Part shown: in pieces, positions 1 to 10,416 of the stretch | Layout: every line of letters starts with the position of its first letter | Numbering within the stretch: position 1 is the stretch's first letter | Source: Oxalobacteraceae bacterium | GTDB taxonomy: Bacteria; Pseudomonadota; Gammaproteobacteria; Burkholderiales; Burkholderiaceae_D | DNA: 37,633 nucleotides | Assembly (NCBI GenBank): GCA_947446335.1 | Contig: CANFGA010000001.1 | Location: forward strand, 1 to 37,633 | Direction of reading: 5' to 3' | The notes under the pieces: model-generated | What the model was told of the DNA's origin: nothing | Databases searched by the model: none | Seen by the model: the letters and a program-made list of their open reading frames with translations, nothing else | Program-made: the position numbers and the translations under genes

Positions 1-3000
1 CATCGGCATTGGCAAGTCGCTGCCCACATCAGCCGGGTCGCGCGTGAGCCGCTGGATCAGTGCGATGGTCGAGGGCACGTCGAATGGCTTGCTGATGAAG
101 TGGGTCATGCCAGCAGCGTGGGCGGCGTCCTGTTGCGACTTGAATGCTCCGGCCGTCAACGCAACGATGGGAATGTGGTTGAACTGCGGCAGACGGCGCA
201 ACTGGCGGGTCGCTTCAATCCCATCCATGACCGGCATTTGCACATCCATCAGGATCAGGTCGATGGCAGCGGGAGCGGCCAGCATCTGCTCCAGCGCATC
301 CTTGCCATCGATGGCAAGCGAGACCTCGGCGCCCTCCCCGCACAGGATGCGCTGCGCCACTTCGCGGTTGATTTCACTGTCATCGACCACCAGCAAACGC
401 ACGCCATCGAGGCCGCTGCCGCTGCTGAGCCGCAGCGCATCCGGGATGCCAAAGGCACGCAAGCGCCGCCGCTTCGCTTCGGTCACGGCATTGTACAAAT
501 TGGACGAGGTGACCGGTTTGCTCAAGATGGCATCGGCCAACTCGGCGCCCGGCGCATGGGCCAGGTCCGAGAGCGCATAGGCGGTGGCCATGATGACGAT
601 CGGGCACTCCCCCTCGGGCACGCTGGCACGGATCGCCCGCGCCGTTGCCAGCCCATCGAGGCCGGGCATTTTCCAATCGAGCAGCACCACATCGGGCAAC
701 TTTCCGCCGTGGCGTTCGCGCATCAGGTCCAGCACCGCCGCGCCCGAATTGACCGTGCTCACTTGCCAGCCCAGCGTCCTGGCGATGGCCCCCACGGCCT
801 GCAACGCGATCTCGCTATCGTCGGCGATCAAGGTATCGACCCTGGCCATTTCCGGCGCCGACATGTCAGCGCTGGCCACTTGCCGAGTCGGCAGCGTGAA
901 CCAGAATTGACTGCCCTGTCCAAGAATGCTGGTCACGCCGATCTCGCCCCCCATCAAGCTCACCAACTGGCTGCAGATGGTCAGCCCCAGACCGCTGCCG
1001 CCAAAGCGGCGCGTGGTCGAGCTGTCGGCCTGGGTGAACGAGGAAAAAATGTCAGCTTGCAGCGCGGGGGCAATCCCGATCCCGGTGTCCTCGATGCAAA
1101 AGCGCAAAACGCTTTGCTCTGCACTGACGCTGAGCAATTCGGTGCGCAGCGTGACCCGGCCGGCATGGGTGAATTTGATGGCATTGCCGGTCAGGTTGAC
1201 CAGCACTTGTTCCAGACGCAAGGCATCGCCCATCACCATCGCCACGTCAGCGGGCAAGGGATCGATGATGACCTCGATGTTCTTGTCGCCGGCAGCGATG
1301 GCCATGGTGGCGGCCAGATTGTCGATCACATCGTCCAGGCGAAACGGCGCTTGTTCGATCACCATGTGTCCGGCTTCGATCTTGGATACGTCGAGGATAT
1401 CGTTGATGATGCCGAGCAGCATGCGCCCGGAGGCGCGGATCTTGCGCACCATCCCGTGCGCGCCCGTATCGAGATGCGCCTGTTCCAGCAGGTAAGCGAG
1501 GCCCAGGATGGCATTGAGCGGCGAGCGTATTTCATGGCTCATGTTGGCCAGAAATTCGGCCTTGCTCCGATTGGCCGCTTCGGCGCTGTCGCGCGCCTGC
1601 AGCAGCGCCGCTTCGACGCTCTTCTGGACCGAAATGTTTTGCACGAACAGCAGCGTGGCCGGGCCGTCGGCCAGCACGACCCGCGCCGTGGTTTTCAACA
1701 CCGGCACCAGAGTGCCATCCTTGCACAAGCCCTGGGCTTCGAACATTTGCTCGATCGGGGAGTCGGCGTCGATCAACGTTTGCTGCGCCTGCAACAGCAC
1801 CCCGGAATCGACCGACAACATCGATCCCGCCTCCATCTTGGTGAGATCGTCGCTGGCCAGATAACCATGCAGGGCGCGGTAGCGCGGATTGGCATAGACG
1901 AAAAAACCGTCGCGCAAAATCGCGATCGCCAGCGGCGCATCTTCGATCAAGGTGCGAAAACGGGCTTCGCTGTCGCGCAGCGCATGGCTGCGCCGACGCT
2001 CGGTGACATCGACGAAGGTCACGATGAAGACCTCGATCTCCCCGGCGCCATCGCGGATCGGCGCCGTGCTGCAATCGACAAAAATGGCGGCGCCGCTGTC
2101 TTTCCTGCGCACTTCCAGCTCAACATTTTGCACAAAGTCGCCACGCAAGCCACGCCTCATCGGCCATTGCTCAAACGGTAATATCTGCCCGTCCGGCAAG
2201 ACCAGGTCGACTCCCTCGATCATCTGCTCGAGCGAAAAATCGGCATCGAACAGCGCATGAAAATTACGCGCCACGCGATTGCTGTGGATCACGCTGCCAT
2301 CCTGGGCCAGCACCAGAACGGCTTCCGTCAAATTGTCGAAAATGACGTTCAACTCATTGCGCGAACGAATCACTTCCTGCTCGGCGCTCTTGATTTCAGT
2401 GATGTCAAGATGCGTGCCCATGATGGTGATGGCATAGCCCTGCGCATCGCGCAAGGTCGCCTGACCGCGCGCCAGCACCCAGGCCCACGGCCCCCGTGCA
2501 TGGGCAATCCGGTAAGTGACTTCGTAACATGGTTCGCTGCCGTCGATGCACGCCTTGCGCGCGGCGAGGTAGGCCGGCAGATCGGCAGGATGGATCAAGC
2601 GGCCCCAACAGGAAGCATCGGCATCAGAATTTTCAGCGCGCGGCGCGTGGCCAATGATCGCCAGCGAATTCTCGTCCAGCGCCAGGGTTGTAGTTGCGAC
2701 ATCAAAACTCCACAAGCCCAGATTGGCGCCGCGCAGCGCCAGCCCCATCCGCGCCTCGAAGGCGAAGCGCTCGCGCTCGCGGCCCAGGCCCAGCGCCTCC
2801 ATCTGAGCGCGTCGGATGTGCGTCCAATGCAAGCCGGCGCAACATGACAAGGCCAGCGCAGCAAAGAACAAGGCATAGGTGATGGCCTCGCGCCGCAGCG
2901 GCTCGTCGATGGCGCCTTGGTCGCGGCTGAGCATGACAATCAGCGGCTTGTCCATCGCCAGCGCTGCCGACTGTACCGTGAGCAGCGCCGCCACACGCTG

Positions 3001-3825
3001 TTCGTGCCCAGAGGGCAGCTTGCCGACCAGCACGCTATCGAGTTGGCCGCCACTGCGGTGGCCGCCACTGCGGTGGCCGCCAGCGCGGTGGCCGCGATGG
3101 CGGTTGAAAAAAGTGCCAGGCAAGTCGACGCTGGTCCCGTCGCCCCCGGCTTTTTCTGGAAAGTTAGTGAATTGCAAGCCATCGCCGTGGACAATGCTGC
3201 CCCAGACATCGGGTGCATACATCACGGGGCGAAAGATGCTGGTGAAATACGCGGTATCGAGCACGGCCAGCGCCAGTCCGTCAAACTCGCCGGCGGGACC
3301 GACCACCATGCGCGCGGCAGTCATGCTCAATTCTTTTCTGATCGTTTGAAAAGGTGCCGATACATACAAGATTGCTTGGTCAGGCCGATTTTTTACCGTC
3401 TTGAAATAGTCCGCGCTGCTCAAGTCCAGTCCCATCAAGCCAGCGTCGGATGAAGCGGTGACGATACCGCTGGCATCGAGCACCAGAAAATGGCTGATTC
3501 CCGGCATCGAATCGGCCAGCGCACGCAGGCGATGCGATGGATTGCGCGGCGCGTTGACGCTGCCAGAGGGGACGAAGAAATAGCCGATGACTCCTTCCAG
3601 AGCGCGGTTGGTCGCCGCCAGATTGGTTTCGATATCGCTGCCCAGCACTTTGGCGAGCACCTGCAAACGGATTTGCTCGGCCCGGTTGACACGGTCATCC
3701 TGGCGCAGGTGCGCCGATGCAAAGATCGCGCCCACCAGCACCAGCGCAAAAGCGAGTAGCAGCCATTCGTATTGATGCAAACGTGTGACAGGAGTCGGAG
3801 ATCGTATCGGCATGAGATGGTTCAT
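1..3825 (-). CDS. Hybrid sensor histidine kinase/response regulator (TM-Cache-like periplasmic domain-TM-3xPAS-HisKA-HATPase-2xREC), runs off the left edge
   Basis: Translated by hand (not in the ORF track because the stop is outside the window). Starts MNHLMPIRSP (ATG 3825, alternative 3813); TM WLLLAFALVLVGAIFA; H-box KAEFLANMSHEIRSPLNAILG; N-box QVLVNLTGNAIKFT; G boxes DTGIGI and RRFGGSGLGL; receiver motifs LLDWKMPGLDG and ILMDVQMPVMDG. Confidence 0.93.
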   Translation of the reverse strand, partial: MNHLMPIRSPTPVTRLHQYEWLLLAFALVLVGAIFASAHLRQDDRVNRAEQIRLQVLAKVLGSDIETNLAATNRALEGVIGYFFVPSGSVNAPRNPSHRLRALADSMPGISHFLVLDASGIVTASSDAGLMGLDLSSADYFKTVKNRPDQAILYVSAPFQTIRKELSMTAARMVVGPAGEFDGLALAVLDTAYFTSIFRPVMYAPDVWGSIVHGDGLQFTNFPEKAGGDGTSVDLPGTFFNRHRGHRAGGHRSGGHRSGGQLDSVLVGKLPSGHEQRVAALLTVQSAALAMDKPLIVMLSRDQGAIDEPLRREAITYALFFAALALSCCAGLHWTHIRRAQMEALGLGRERERFAFEARMGLALRGANLGLWSFDVATTTLALDENSLAIIGHAPRAENSDADASCWGRLIHPADLPAYLAARKACIDGSEPCYEVTYRIAHARGPWAWVLARGQATLRDAQGYAITIMGTHLDITEIKSAEQEVIRSRNELNVIFDNLTEAVLVLAQDGSVIHSNRVARNFHALFDADFSLEQMIEGVDLVLPDGQILPFEQWPMRRGLRGDFVQNVELEVRRKDSGAAIFVDCSTAPIRDGAGEIEVFIVTFVDVTERRRSHALRDSEARFRTLIEDAPLAIAILRDGFFVYANPRYRALHGYLASDDLTKMEAGSMLSVDSGVLLQAQQTLIDADSPIEQMFEAQGLCKDGTLVPVLKTTARVVLADGPATLLFVQNISVQKSVEAALLQARDSAEAANRSKAEFLANMSHEIRSPLNAILGLAYLLEQAHLDTGAHGMVRKIRASGRMLLGIINDILDVSKIEAGHMVIEQAPFRLDDVIDNLAATMAIAAGDKNIEVIIDPLPADVAMVMGDALRLEQVLVNLTGNAIKFTHAGRVTLRTELLSVSAEQSVLRFCIEDTGIGIAPALQADIFSSFTQADSSTTRRFGGSGLGLTICSQLVSLMGGEIGVTSILGQGSQFWFTLPTRQVASADMSAPEMARVDTLIADDSEIALQAVGAIARTLGWQVSTVNSGAAVLDLMRERHGGKLPDVVLLDWKMPGLDGLATARAIRASVPEGECPIVIMATAYALSDLAHAPGAELADAILSKPVTSSNLYNAVTEAKRRRLRAFGIPDALRLSSGSGLDGVRLLVVDDSEINREVAQRILCGEGAEVSLAIDGKDALEQMLAAPAAIDLILMDVQMPVMDGIEATRQLRRLPQFNHIPIVALTAGAFKSQQDAAHAAGMTHFISKPFDVPSTIALIQRLTRDPADVGSDLPMPM
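3044..3103. repeat. In-frame 15-bp tandem repeat (TGGCCGCCACTGCGG) inside the kinase sensor domain
   Basis: Two identical units 3044-3058 and 3059-3073, a 2-mismatch unit 3074-3088 and a degenerate unit 3089-3103. Encodes RHRGHRAGGHRSGGHRSGGQ. Confidence 0.9.
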
Positions 3826-4123
3826 CTGCAAACAGCGCTGCCCTGCTGGGACAGTAAAAATGAATAGGGACGAATCGGGGGCGAGTGCATCGGCATTCTT
3901 GGTCAAATCAGGGTTATTTTTTCATCGGTCGAATCGAGCACTTTTTGGCAGCGATGCATCCTGCTTTATTGCATATTAACAATACAACATGGTAGACGAA
4001 AAGAGACATCAAAAGTTGTCCAAATACAAAATAATTTCGTGGATTTAATACTCAATTAAAAATTGATCGGTGCTGGATCGACCACGCCTGGCGTTGCCAT
4101 GCCCGGTCCGCGCAACAGCAGCG

Positions 4124-4188
4124 ATGTCGCAAAACATCTTCTTCATGTCGCAAAACGCCACGTGATGGAACCCAAGGCAACGCAACAT
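4124..4188 (+). promoter_or_regulatory. Putative GbdR/SouR-type operator and promoter of the sox operon
   Basis: Perfect direct repeat ATGTCGCAAAAC at 4124 and 4145 (21-bp period); weak -10-like CAACAT at 4183-4188. Confidence 0.7.
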
Positions 4189-4293
4189 AGGACTCGACAA
4201 CAGCCAATCAAGTCATCTGTGCGTTTGCAAAAAGTCATCGCGCCTTGGTGTCAGTGCCGCCTCATCGTTTGCGGCATCACGGCACCGATCGTC

Positions 4294-4374
4294 ATGGCTG
4301 GCAGCGCCAGCGGCATCCACACCAACCAGTGCGACAGCATGCGGGCAGACCTGATGGTCAACGCAGTCGACTAC
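4294..4374 (+). pseudogene. sdaA: Possible eroded 3' remnant of L-serine dehydratase
   Basis: [27 protein letters not shown] aligns without gaps to the recalled SdaA C-terminus pattern (MRETGADMxTKYKETSRGGLAVNxVEC). Position matches the sdaA-soxB order of Burkholderia clusters. Short and divergent. Confidence 0.35.
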
Positions 4375-4386
4375 GAGGAAAACCGA

Positions 4387-5631
4387 ATGCAAAAATTTTC
4401 GATCTGGTCCTTGTTACGCAATGCCATGTCTTACCACGAGGGCTGGCAGAAACAATGGCACTCGCCTGAGCTCAAACGCGAATACGACGTGGTCATCATC
4501 GGCGCCGGCGGGCACGGCCTGGCGACCGCTTACTATCTGGCCAAGGAGCACGGCGTGCGCAATATCGCGGTAGTCGAACGCGGCTACCTTGGCGGCGGCA
4601 ATACCGCACGCAACACTACCATCGTGCGCTCGAACTACCTGATGGACGAATCGACGGCGCTGTATGAGAAGGCGATGACGTTGTGGGAAGGACTGTCGCA
4701 AGATATCAACTACAACGTCATGTTCAGCCAGCGCGGGGTCATGAATCTGGGCCACACGTTGCAAGACATGCGCGACATCGAGCGCCGCGTGACCGCCAAC
4801 CGGCTCAACGGAATCGATGCGGAAATCGTCAGCGCGGCGCAGATCAAGGAGATGCTTCCTTTCATCAACCTCAATACCCGCTATCCGGTGCTCGGTGCAT
4901 CGCTGCAGCGCCGCGCCGGAGTGGCGCGCCACGATGCCGTGGCCTGGGGCTATGCGCGCGCAGCCGATGCGCATGGCGTCGACATCTTGCAAAACTGCGA
5001 AGTGACCGGCATACGCCGCAACGGCGGCGCCGTCGTCGGCGTCGATACCGCCCAGGGGTTCATCAAGGCCAAGAAAGTGGCGATCGTCGCCGCCGGTCAC
5101 TCGAGCGTGATCGCGGACATGGCCGGACTGCGTTTGCCGATCGAGAGCCATCCGCTGCAGGCGCTGGTATCGGAACCGCTGAAGCCGATTTTCCCGAACG
5201 TGGTCATGAGCAACGCGATCCACGCTTACATCAGCCAGTCCGACAAGGGCGATCTGGTCATCGGCGCCGGCATCGACCAGTACACCGGGTATGGCCAGCG
5301 CGGCAGTTACCAGACCATCGAACAGACGCTGGCCGCCATCATCGAACTGTTCCCGCTGTTTTCGCGCGTGCGCATGAACCGGCAATGGGGCGGCATCGTC
5401 GATGTGTCACCGGATGCCTGTCCAATCATCGGCCTCACGCCCGTGCAAGGCCTGTACATCAACTGTGGCTGGGGTACCGGCGGCTTCAAGGCAACGCCGA
5501 GTTCGGGCTGGGTGATGGCCCACACGATTGCCCAGAACCGGCCGCATGCACTCAATGAAGCGTTTGCACTGGATCGTTTTTATAGCGGTCATTTGATCGA
5601 TGAACACGGCGCCGCCGCCGTAGCCCACTGA
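4387..5631 (+). CDS. soxB: Sarcosine oxidase subunit beta
   Basis: GAGGHG FAD motif, [31 protein letters not shown]-terminal EHGAAAVAH. Start moved from 4063 to ATG 4387 (RBS GAGGAA 4375-4380). Confidence 0.97.
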   Translation: MQKFSIWSLLRNAMSYHEGWQKQWHSPELKREYDVVIIGAGGHGLATAYYLAKEHGVRNIAVVERGYLGGGNTARNTTIVRSNYLMDESTALYEKAMTLWEGLSQDINYNVMFSQRGVMNLGHTLQDMRDIERRVTANRLNGIDAEIVSAAQIKEMLPFINLNTRYPVLGASLQRRAGVARHDAVAWGYARAADAHGVDILQNCEVTGIRRNGGAVVGVDTAQGFIKAKKVAIVAAGHSSVIADMAGLRLPIESHPLQALVSEPLKPIFPNVVMSNAIHAYISQSDKGDLVIGAGIDQYTGYGQRGSYQTIEQTLAAIIELFPLFSRVRMNRQWGGIVDVSPDACPIIGLTPVQGLYINCGWGTGGFKATPSSGWVMAHTIAQNRPHALNEAFALDRFYSGHLIDEHGAAAVAH

Positions 5632-5656
5632 ACGTTGTCAACCGGAGAAACCGAAC

Positions 5657-5953
5657 ATGCTGCAAATACCCTGCCCCTGGTGCGGCCCGCGTGCCGAAAC
5701 CGAATTCCTGTGCGGTGGCGAAGGCGGCATCGTGCGCCCGCCCGCGACCGCCACGCTCAGCGATACCGAATGGGGTGATTACGTATTCATGCGCAAGAAT
5801 CACAAAGGCTGGCACCACGAACAATGGCGCCATGTCAGCGGCTGCGGGCGCTGGTTCAACGCGCTGCGTCATACGGTGAGCTATGATTTTCAGGCGACCT
5901 GGAAAATTGGCGAGCCAGCGCCGGTGACGCAGCACAGCGGGAGTGCGGCATGA
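5657..5953 (+). CDS. soxD: Sarcosine oxidase subunit delta
   Basis: IPCPWCGPRAETEF and WRHVSGCGRW zinc-ligand motifs; GGAG RBS; ATGA overlap with soxA. Confidence 0.96.
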   Translation: MLQIPCPWCGPRAETEFLCGGEGGIVRPPATATLSDTEWGDYVFMRKNHKGWHHEQWRHVSGCGRWFNALRHTVSYDFQATWKIGEPAPVTQHSGSAA

Positions 5954-8934
5954 GCGCGCGCCTGCCATCGGGCGGACGCATCGATCGCAAGCATGTCCTC
6001 CACTTCCATTTCAACGAACGGGCCTACCAGGGTTACGCAGGCGACACGCTGGCATCGGCGCTGCTGGCCAATGGCGTCTCGCTCGTTGCACGCAGCTGGA
6101 AATACCATCGGCCCCGCGGCATCCTCTCGGCCGGCGTGGAAGAGCCCAATGCATTGGTGCAATTATTCGACGGTGCGCGCACCGTGCCCAATGCCCGCAT
6201 GACCGAAGTGACGCTGGTCGAGGGACTGCGCGCCAGCGCAATTCATGCCAAGCCCAGCATCGAATTTGACGTCAAGGCGGTCAACGGCTGGTTTGCCGGC
6301 CTGATCCCGGCCGGATTTTATTACAAGACCTTCATGGCATCCCAGAAGGCATGGCATTTCTTTGAAAAGCACATACGCGCCTCCAGCGGCCTGGGCACCT
6401 CGCCGCTGGAGCCCGATCCCGACCATTACGACAAGCGTTTTGCGTTTGCCGATGTATTGATCGTGGGCACTGGCATCGCCGGCTTGAGCGCCGCCCTTGC
6501 CGCCGGCTTGTCTGGCGCGCGGGTCATCTTGTGCGACGAACAAGGCGAAGCAGGCGGTCAATTGCTCTCGTGCGAGGACAACATCGACGCCATGCCGGCC
6601 ATGCAATGGGTCGCGCAAACGCTGGCCACGCTAGCGACGATGCCGGAAGTGACGATCCTGACGCGCACCACCGCGTTTGGCTATCAGGAAAACAATCTGG
6701 TGACGCTGCTCGAGCGCCGCGCCGACCATCTGCCGCGCGCGCAAGCGCCGGCCTTTCGCGAGCGGCTCTGGAAGGTGCGCGCCAAACAGGTGGTGCTGGC
6801 CACCGGCGCACACGAACGCCCGCTGGTGTTTGGCAATAACGATTTGCCGGGAGTGATGCTCAGTGCAGCGGTAGCCACTTACGTGCGCCGTTATGCGGTC
6901 TTGCCGGGGCGCCAGGCGGTGATATTCACGAACAACGATGCCGGATATGATGCGGCGCTGGCGCTCAAGCAAGCCGGCGCCCAGGTCCAAGTGATCGATG
7001 CCCGCGCAGTGCCCAGCGGCACGCTCAGCGCACGCGCACGCAGCAGCGGCATTCCCATACTCGCCGGCCACGTCATCACCGAAGCGCGCGGTGGCAAACG
7101 CATCCGCAGCGTGGTGGTGCAAGGCATCGATGACAACGCACAATTGACCGGCACCACATCGATACTCGATTGCGATCTGCTGGCAGTCTCGGGCGGATTC
7201 AGCCCGGTGATCCACCTGCAATGCCAGTCCGGCAGCAAGGCCGTATGGGATGACCAGCCAGCCGCTTTCTTGCCGGGCAAATCGGTGCAAGCCGAACGCT
7301 CGGCGGGCGCCTGCAATGGCAAGCAAACCTTGCTCGCTTGCGCGCAAGATGGCGTAGCCGCCGGCATCGCTGCCCTTTGCGCTGCCGGCTTTGCCGCGCC
7401 AAGCCATGCCACTGCCGATATTGCCGCCACCGATCCGGGCAAGCTGCGCGCACTGTGGCTGGTGCCGCATCCGCGCGGCGTGAGCCGGGCCCCGAAACAG
7501 TTTGTCGATCTGCAAAATGATGTCGCGGCCTCTGACATCCATCTCGCCATCCGCGAAGGCTTCGAGTCGATCGAACATGTGAAGCGCTATACCGCGATGG
7601 GATTTGGCACCGACCAGGGCAAGACCGGCAACATCAACGGCATGGGAATTGCGGCCCAAGTGCTGGGCAAGACCATTCCACAAGTGGGCACGACGACGTT
7701 TCGGCCCAACTACACGCCGGTGACATTTGGCGCCGTGGCCGGACTGGAACTGGGCGATGGCTTCGATCCGGTCCGCACCACCGCGCTGCATCCGTGGCAC
7801 GTCAGTCACAAGGCGCTGTTCGAAGATGTCGGCCAATGGAAGCGCCCCTGGTACTACCCTGTCGAGGGCGAAGATCTGCACGCCGCCGTCAGGCGCGAAG
7901 TGCTCGCCGTGCGCCACGGCGTGGGCATGATGGATGCTTCAACTTTGGGGAAAATCGATATCCAGGGCCCCGATGCGAAGGTCTTGCTGAACTGGGTCTA
8001 TTGCAACGCCTGGTCCAAGCTGGAAACGGGCAAATGCCGCTACGGCTTGATGCTCGATGAAAACGGCATGGTATTCGACGATGGCGTGACGGTGCGACTG
8101 GCAGAAGACCATTATCTGATGCACACCACGACGGGCGGCGCGGCGCGCGTACTGGCATGGCTGGAGCGCTGGCTGCAAACCGAATGGCCGGATCTGAAAA
8201 TATTCCTGACGACGGTCACCGACCATTGGGCCACCACCGCAGTAGTCGGTCCAAAAAGCCGGGAAGTGCTGAAAGCGTTGTGCAGTGACGTCAATTTTGA
8301 CGATGACGCCTTCCCGTTCATGTCTTGCCGCGAAGGCACGGTGGCAGGCGTGCGCGCCCGGATCATGCGCATCAGTTTTTCCGGCGAACGCAGCTATGAA
8401 GTGAACGTCCCGGCCGCTCAGGCGATGCCGGTATGGGAAGCGATTCATGGCGCCGGCCTGCCCTTTGGCATCACCCCTTACGGCACCGAAACCATGCATG
8501 TGCTGCGCGCCGAGAAAGGCTACATCATCGTCGGCCAGGAAACCGATGGCTCGGTCAGTCCGATCGACCTGGGCATGGGCGCCATGGTCACCAAGAACAA
8601 GGACTGCCTGGGAAAACGCTCTCTTGCGCGCAGCGACACCGCGCGCAGCGATCGCAAGCAACTGGTCGGACTGTTGACAGACGACCCGCAGTTCGTGCTG
8701 ACGGAAGGAGCGCAGGTTCTTGCCGCTGCGCCGCCCGCGCCGATGGCCGGCCATGTGACATCGAGTTACCTCAGTCCGACACTGGGCCGCTCGATCGCCA
8801 TGGCGCTGGTCAAAGGCGGTTTGACCCGCATCGGTGAACAGGTTCATGTCGCCATGTACGACGGCGCAGTCGTGACCGCGACCATCGCCAACCCCGTCTT
8901 CTTTGACCCCAACGCGGAGCGCCAACATGCTTGA
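5950..8934 (+). CDS. soxA: Sarcosine oxidase subunit alpha
   Basis: GDTLASALLANG, KYHRPRGI, KRYTAMGFGTDQGK, C-terminal GcvT-like folate-binding domain (ISFSGERSYE, LRAEKG); 994 aa. Confidence 0.97.
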   Translation: MSARLPSGGRIDRKHVLHFHFNERAYQGYAGDTLASALLANGVSLVARSWKYHRPRGILSAGVEEPNALVQLFDGARTVPNARMTEVTLVEGLRASAIHAKPSIEFDVKAVNGWFAGLIPAGFYYKTFMASQKAWHFFEKHIRASSGLGTSPLEPDPDHYDKRFAFADVLIVGTGIAGLSAALAAGLSGARVILCDEQGEAGGQLLSCEDNIDAMPAMQWVAQTLATLATMPEVTILTRTTAFGYQENNLVTLLERRADHLPRAQAPAFRERLWKVRAKQVVLATGAHERPLVFGNNDLPGVMLSAAVATYVRRYAVLPGRQAVIFTNNDAGYDAALALKQAGAQVQVIDARAVPSGTLSARARSSGIPILAGHVITEARGGKRIRSVVVQGIDDNAQLTGTTSILDCDLLAVSGGFSPVIHLQCQSGSKAVWDDQPAAFLPGKSVQAERSAGACNGKQTLLACAQDGVAAGIAALCAAGFAAPSHATADIAATDPGKLRALWLVPHPRGVSRAPKQFVDLQNDVAASDIHLAIREGFESIEHVKRYTAMGFGTDQGKTGNINGMGIAAQVLGKTIPQVGTTTFRPNYTPVTFGAVAGLELGDGFDPVRTTALHPWHVSHKALFEDVGQWKRPWYYPVEGEDLHAAVRREVLAVRHGVGMMDASTLGKIDIQGPDAKVLLNWVYCNAWSKLETGKCRYGLMLDENGMVFDDGVTVRLAEDHYLMHTTTGGAARVLAWLERWLQTEWPDLKIFLTTVTDHWATTAVVGPKSREVLKALCSDVNFDDDAFPFMSCREGTVAGVRARIMRISFSGERSYEVNVPAAQAMPVWEAIHGAGLPFGITPYGTETMHVLRAEKGYIIVGQETDGSVSPIDLGMGAMVTKNKDCLGKRSLARSDTARSDRKQLVGLLTDDPQFVLTEGAQVLAAAPPAPMAGHVTSSYLSPTLGRSIAMALVKGGLTRIGEQVHVAMYDGAVVTATIANPVFFDPNAERQHA

Positions 8935-9529
8935 AGTTACCCGTCCACCGCAGTCTGCCGTGAAAACCTCGGCAGCCGCTTTGCAGATGCCCCAGGCCAG
9001 CGCCTTGTACGCCGGATGGCGCGAAGGATTGACCATCATCAACCTGCGCGGCGCCCCTGACGACGCCGCATTCGTGGCAGCAGCGTCACGGGTGCTGGGC
9101 CTTGCGTTGCCGGTGCAGCCCTGCAGCGCGGCATCGAATGCGACGCACCGCGTGATCTGGGCCGGACCCGATGAATGGTTCATCATCGCTCCTGCAGGAC
9201 AAGCTGATGCGCTGAGCGAGCAACTGCGCGCCGCACTCGCCGGCATCCACCATGCCATCGTCGATGTCAGCAGCGGCTACACGGTGCTGCAATTGCAAGG
9301 ACAACCGGTGCGCGAGGTGCTCGCCCAGGGCTGTCCGCTCGACTTGCATCCACGTGCATTCAAGCTTGGCGCCAGTGCCGGCTCGCACTATTTCAAAGCG
9401 TCAATCTGGTTGTGGCGCACCGAAGCAGATGGTTCGTTTGAAGTATTGGTTCGCCGCAGCTTCATGTCTTATTTCTGGCTGATGCTCACGCGTTGCACCA
9501 AGGAATGCAGCCTGGAAGACTTATCATGA
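8927..9529 (+). CDS. soxG: Sarcosine oxidase subunit gamma
   Basis: WAGPDEWF, VDVSSG, GCPLDLHPRAF, VRRSF; ATG 8927 overlaps the soxA stop. Confidence 0.93.
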   Translation: MLEVTRPPQSAVKTSAAALQMPQASALYAGWREGLTIINLRGAPDDAAFVAAASRVLGLALPVQPCSAASNATHRVIWAGPDEWFIIAPAGQADALSEQLRAALAGIHHAIVDVSSGYTVLQLQGQPVREVLAQGCPLDLHPRAFKLGASAGSHYFKASIWLWRTEADGSFEVLVRRSFMSYFWLMLTRCTKECSLEDLS

Positions 9530-10416
9530 CTCTGGAAAATGCGTCAACCATCAATGCGCCAGGGCGCTACGTCCTGACGCTGGCCGCGGCGAGCAGCCGC
9601 GGTCAAGTCGCCGCGATCACGGCGCTGCTGGAGCGCCATGGCGCGTACATCGAAGAGTTTGCAGTGTTCGATGACGTGTTTCTTGCTCGTTTTTACGTGC
9701 GCAGCGTGATCCGGCTCGAACATGCCGACGCGGCCCGTGTGGCGGCGCTGCGCGCAGAATACGCCGCCCTGGTGGACCGGTTCGATCAAGCCAGCGGCGC
9801 CTTGCATGATCTGCGCTACCAGACCCGCGTGCTGATCATGGTCTCCAAGGCCGACCATTGCCTGCGCGATCTGCTGGCACAGTGGCGGCGCAAGGAATTG
9901 AACATGGACGTAGTTGCCGTCGTCTCCAATCATGCCGATTTGCGCCACTTCGTCGAGGCCGAGGGCTTGCCGTTCCACCACCTGCCCATCACTGCCGACA
10001 CCAAGCCGCAGCAAGAGGCGGCGCTGCTCGCTTGCATCAAACAATACGACGCCGAACTGATTGTGCTGGCGCGCTACATGCAGGTATTGTCGGGCAATCT
10101 GTGCAACACCTTGGCCGGTCGCGTGATCAATATTCATCACTCGTTCTTGCCGGGCTTCCAGGGGGCGCGCCCGTATGAACAGGCGTACGCGCGGGGAGTC
10201 AAACTCATAGGCGCAACGGCGCACTTCGCGACCACGGATCTGGACGAAGGCCCGATCATCGAACAGGCGCTGGAACGCGTCGATCACGCATTTGCGCCCG
10301 AGCATTTGCTCAGCACCGGGCGCCACGTCGAATGCCTGGTGCTGGGACGGGCGTTGCGCTATGTGCTGGAGCACCGCGTCTTCATCAATGGACTGCGCAC
10401 CGTGGTATTGCGCTGA
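9526..10416 (+). CDS. purU: Formyltetrahydrofolate deformylase
   Basis: N-terminal ACT-like region; VLARYMQVLS, INIHHSFLP, GVKLIGATAHF, LDEGPIIEQ; ATGA overlap with soxG. Confidence 0.95.
   Translation: MTLENASTINAPGRYVLTLAAASSRGQVAAITALLERHGAYIEEFAVFDDVFLARFYVRSVIRLEHADAARVAALRAEYAALVDRFDQASGALHDLRYQTRVLIMVSKADHCLRDLLAQWRRKELNMDVVAVVSNHADLRHFVEAEGLPFHHLPITADTKPQQEAALLACIKQYDAELIVLARYMQVLSGNLCNTLAGRVINIHHSFLPGFQGARPYEQAYARGVKLIGATAHFATTDLDEGPIIEQALERVDHAFAPEHLLSTGRHVECLVLGRALRYVLEHRVFINGLRTVVLR

Noticed and set aside
100-2181. 693-aa plus-strand ORF and other plus ORFs up to 3779
   Set aside because: Antisense shadows of the minus-strand kinase; no recognisable motifs. Long shadow frames are expected in GC-rich DNA.
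4063-4386. 108-aa N-terminal extension of SoxB in the ORF track
   Set aside because: The TTG start lies upstream of the predicted operator; SoxB-like sequence and an RBS begin at 4387.
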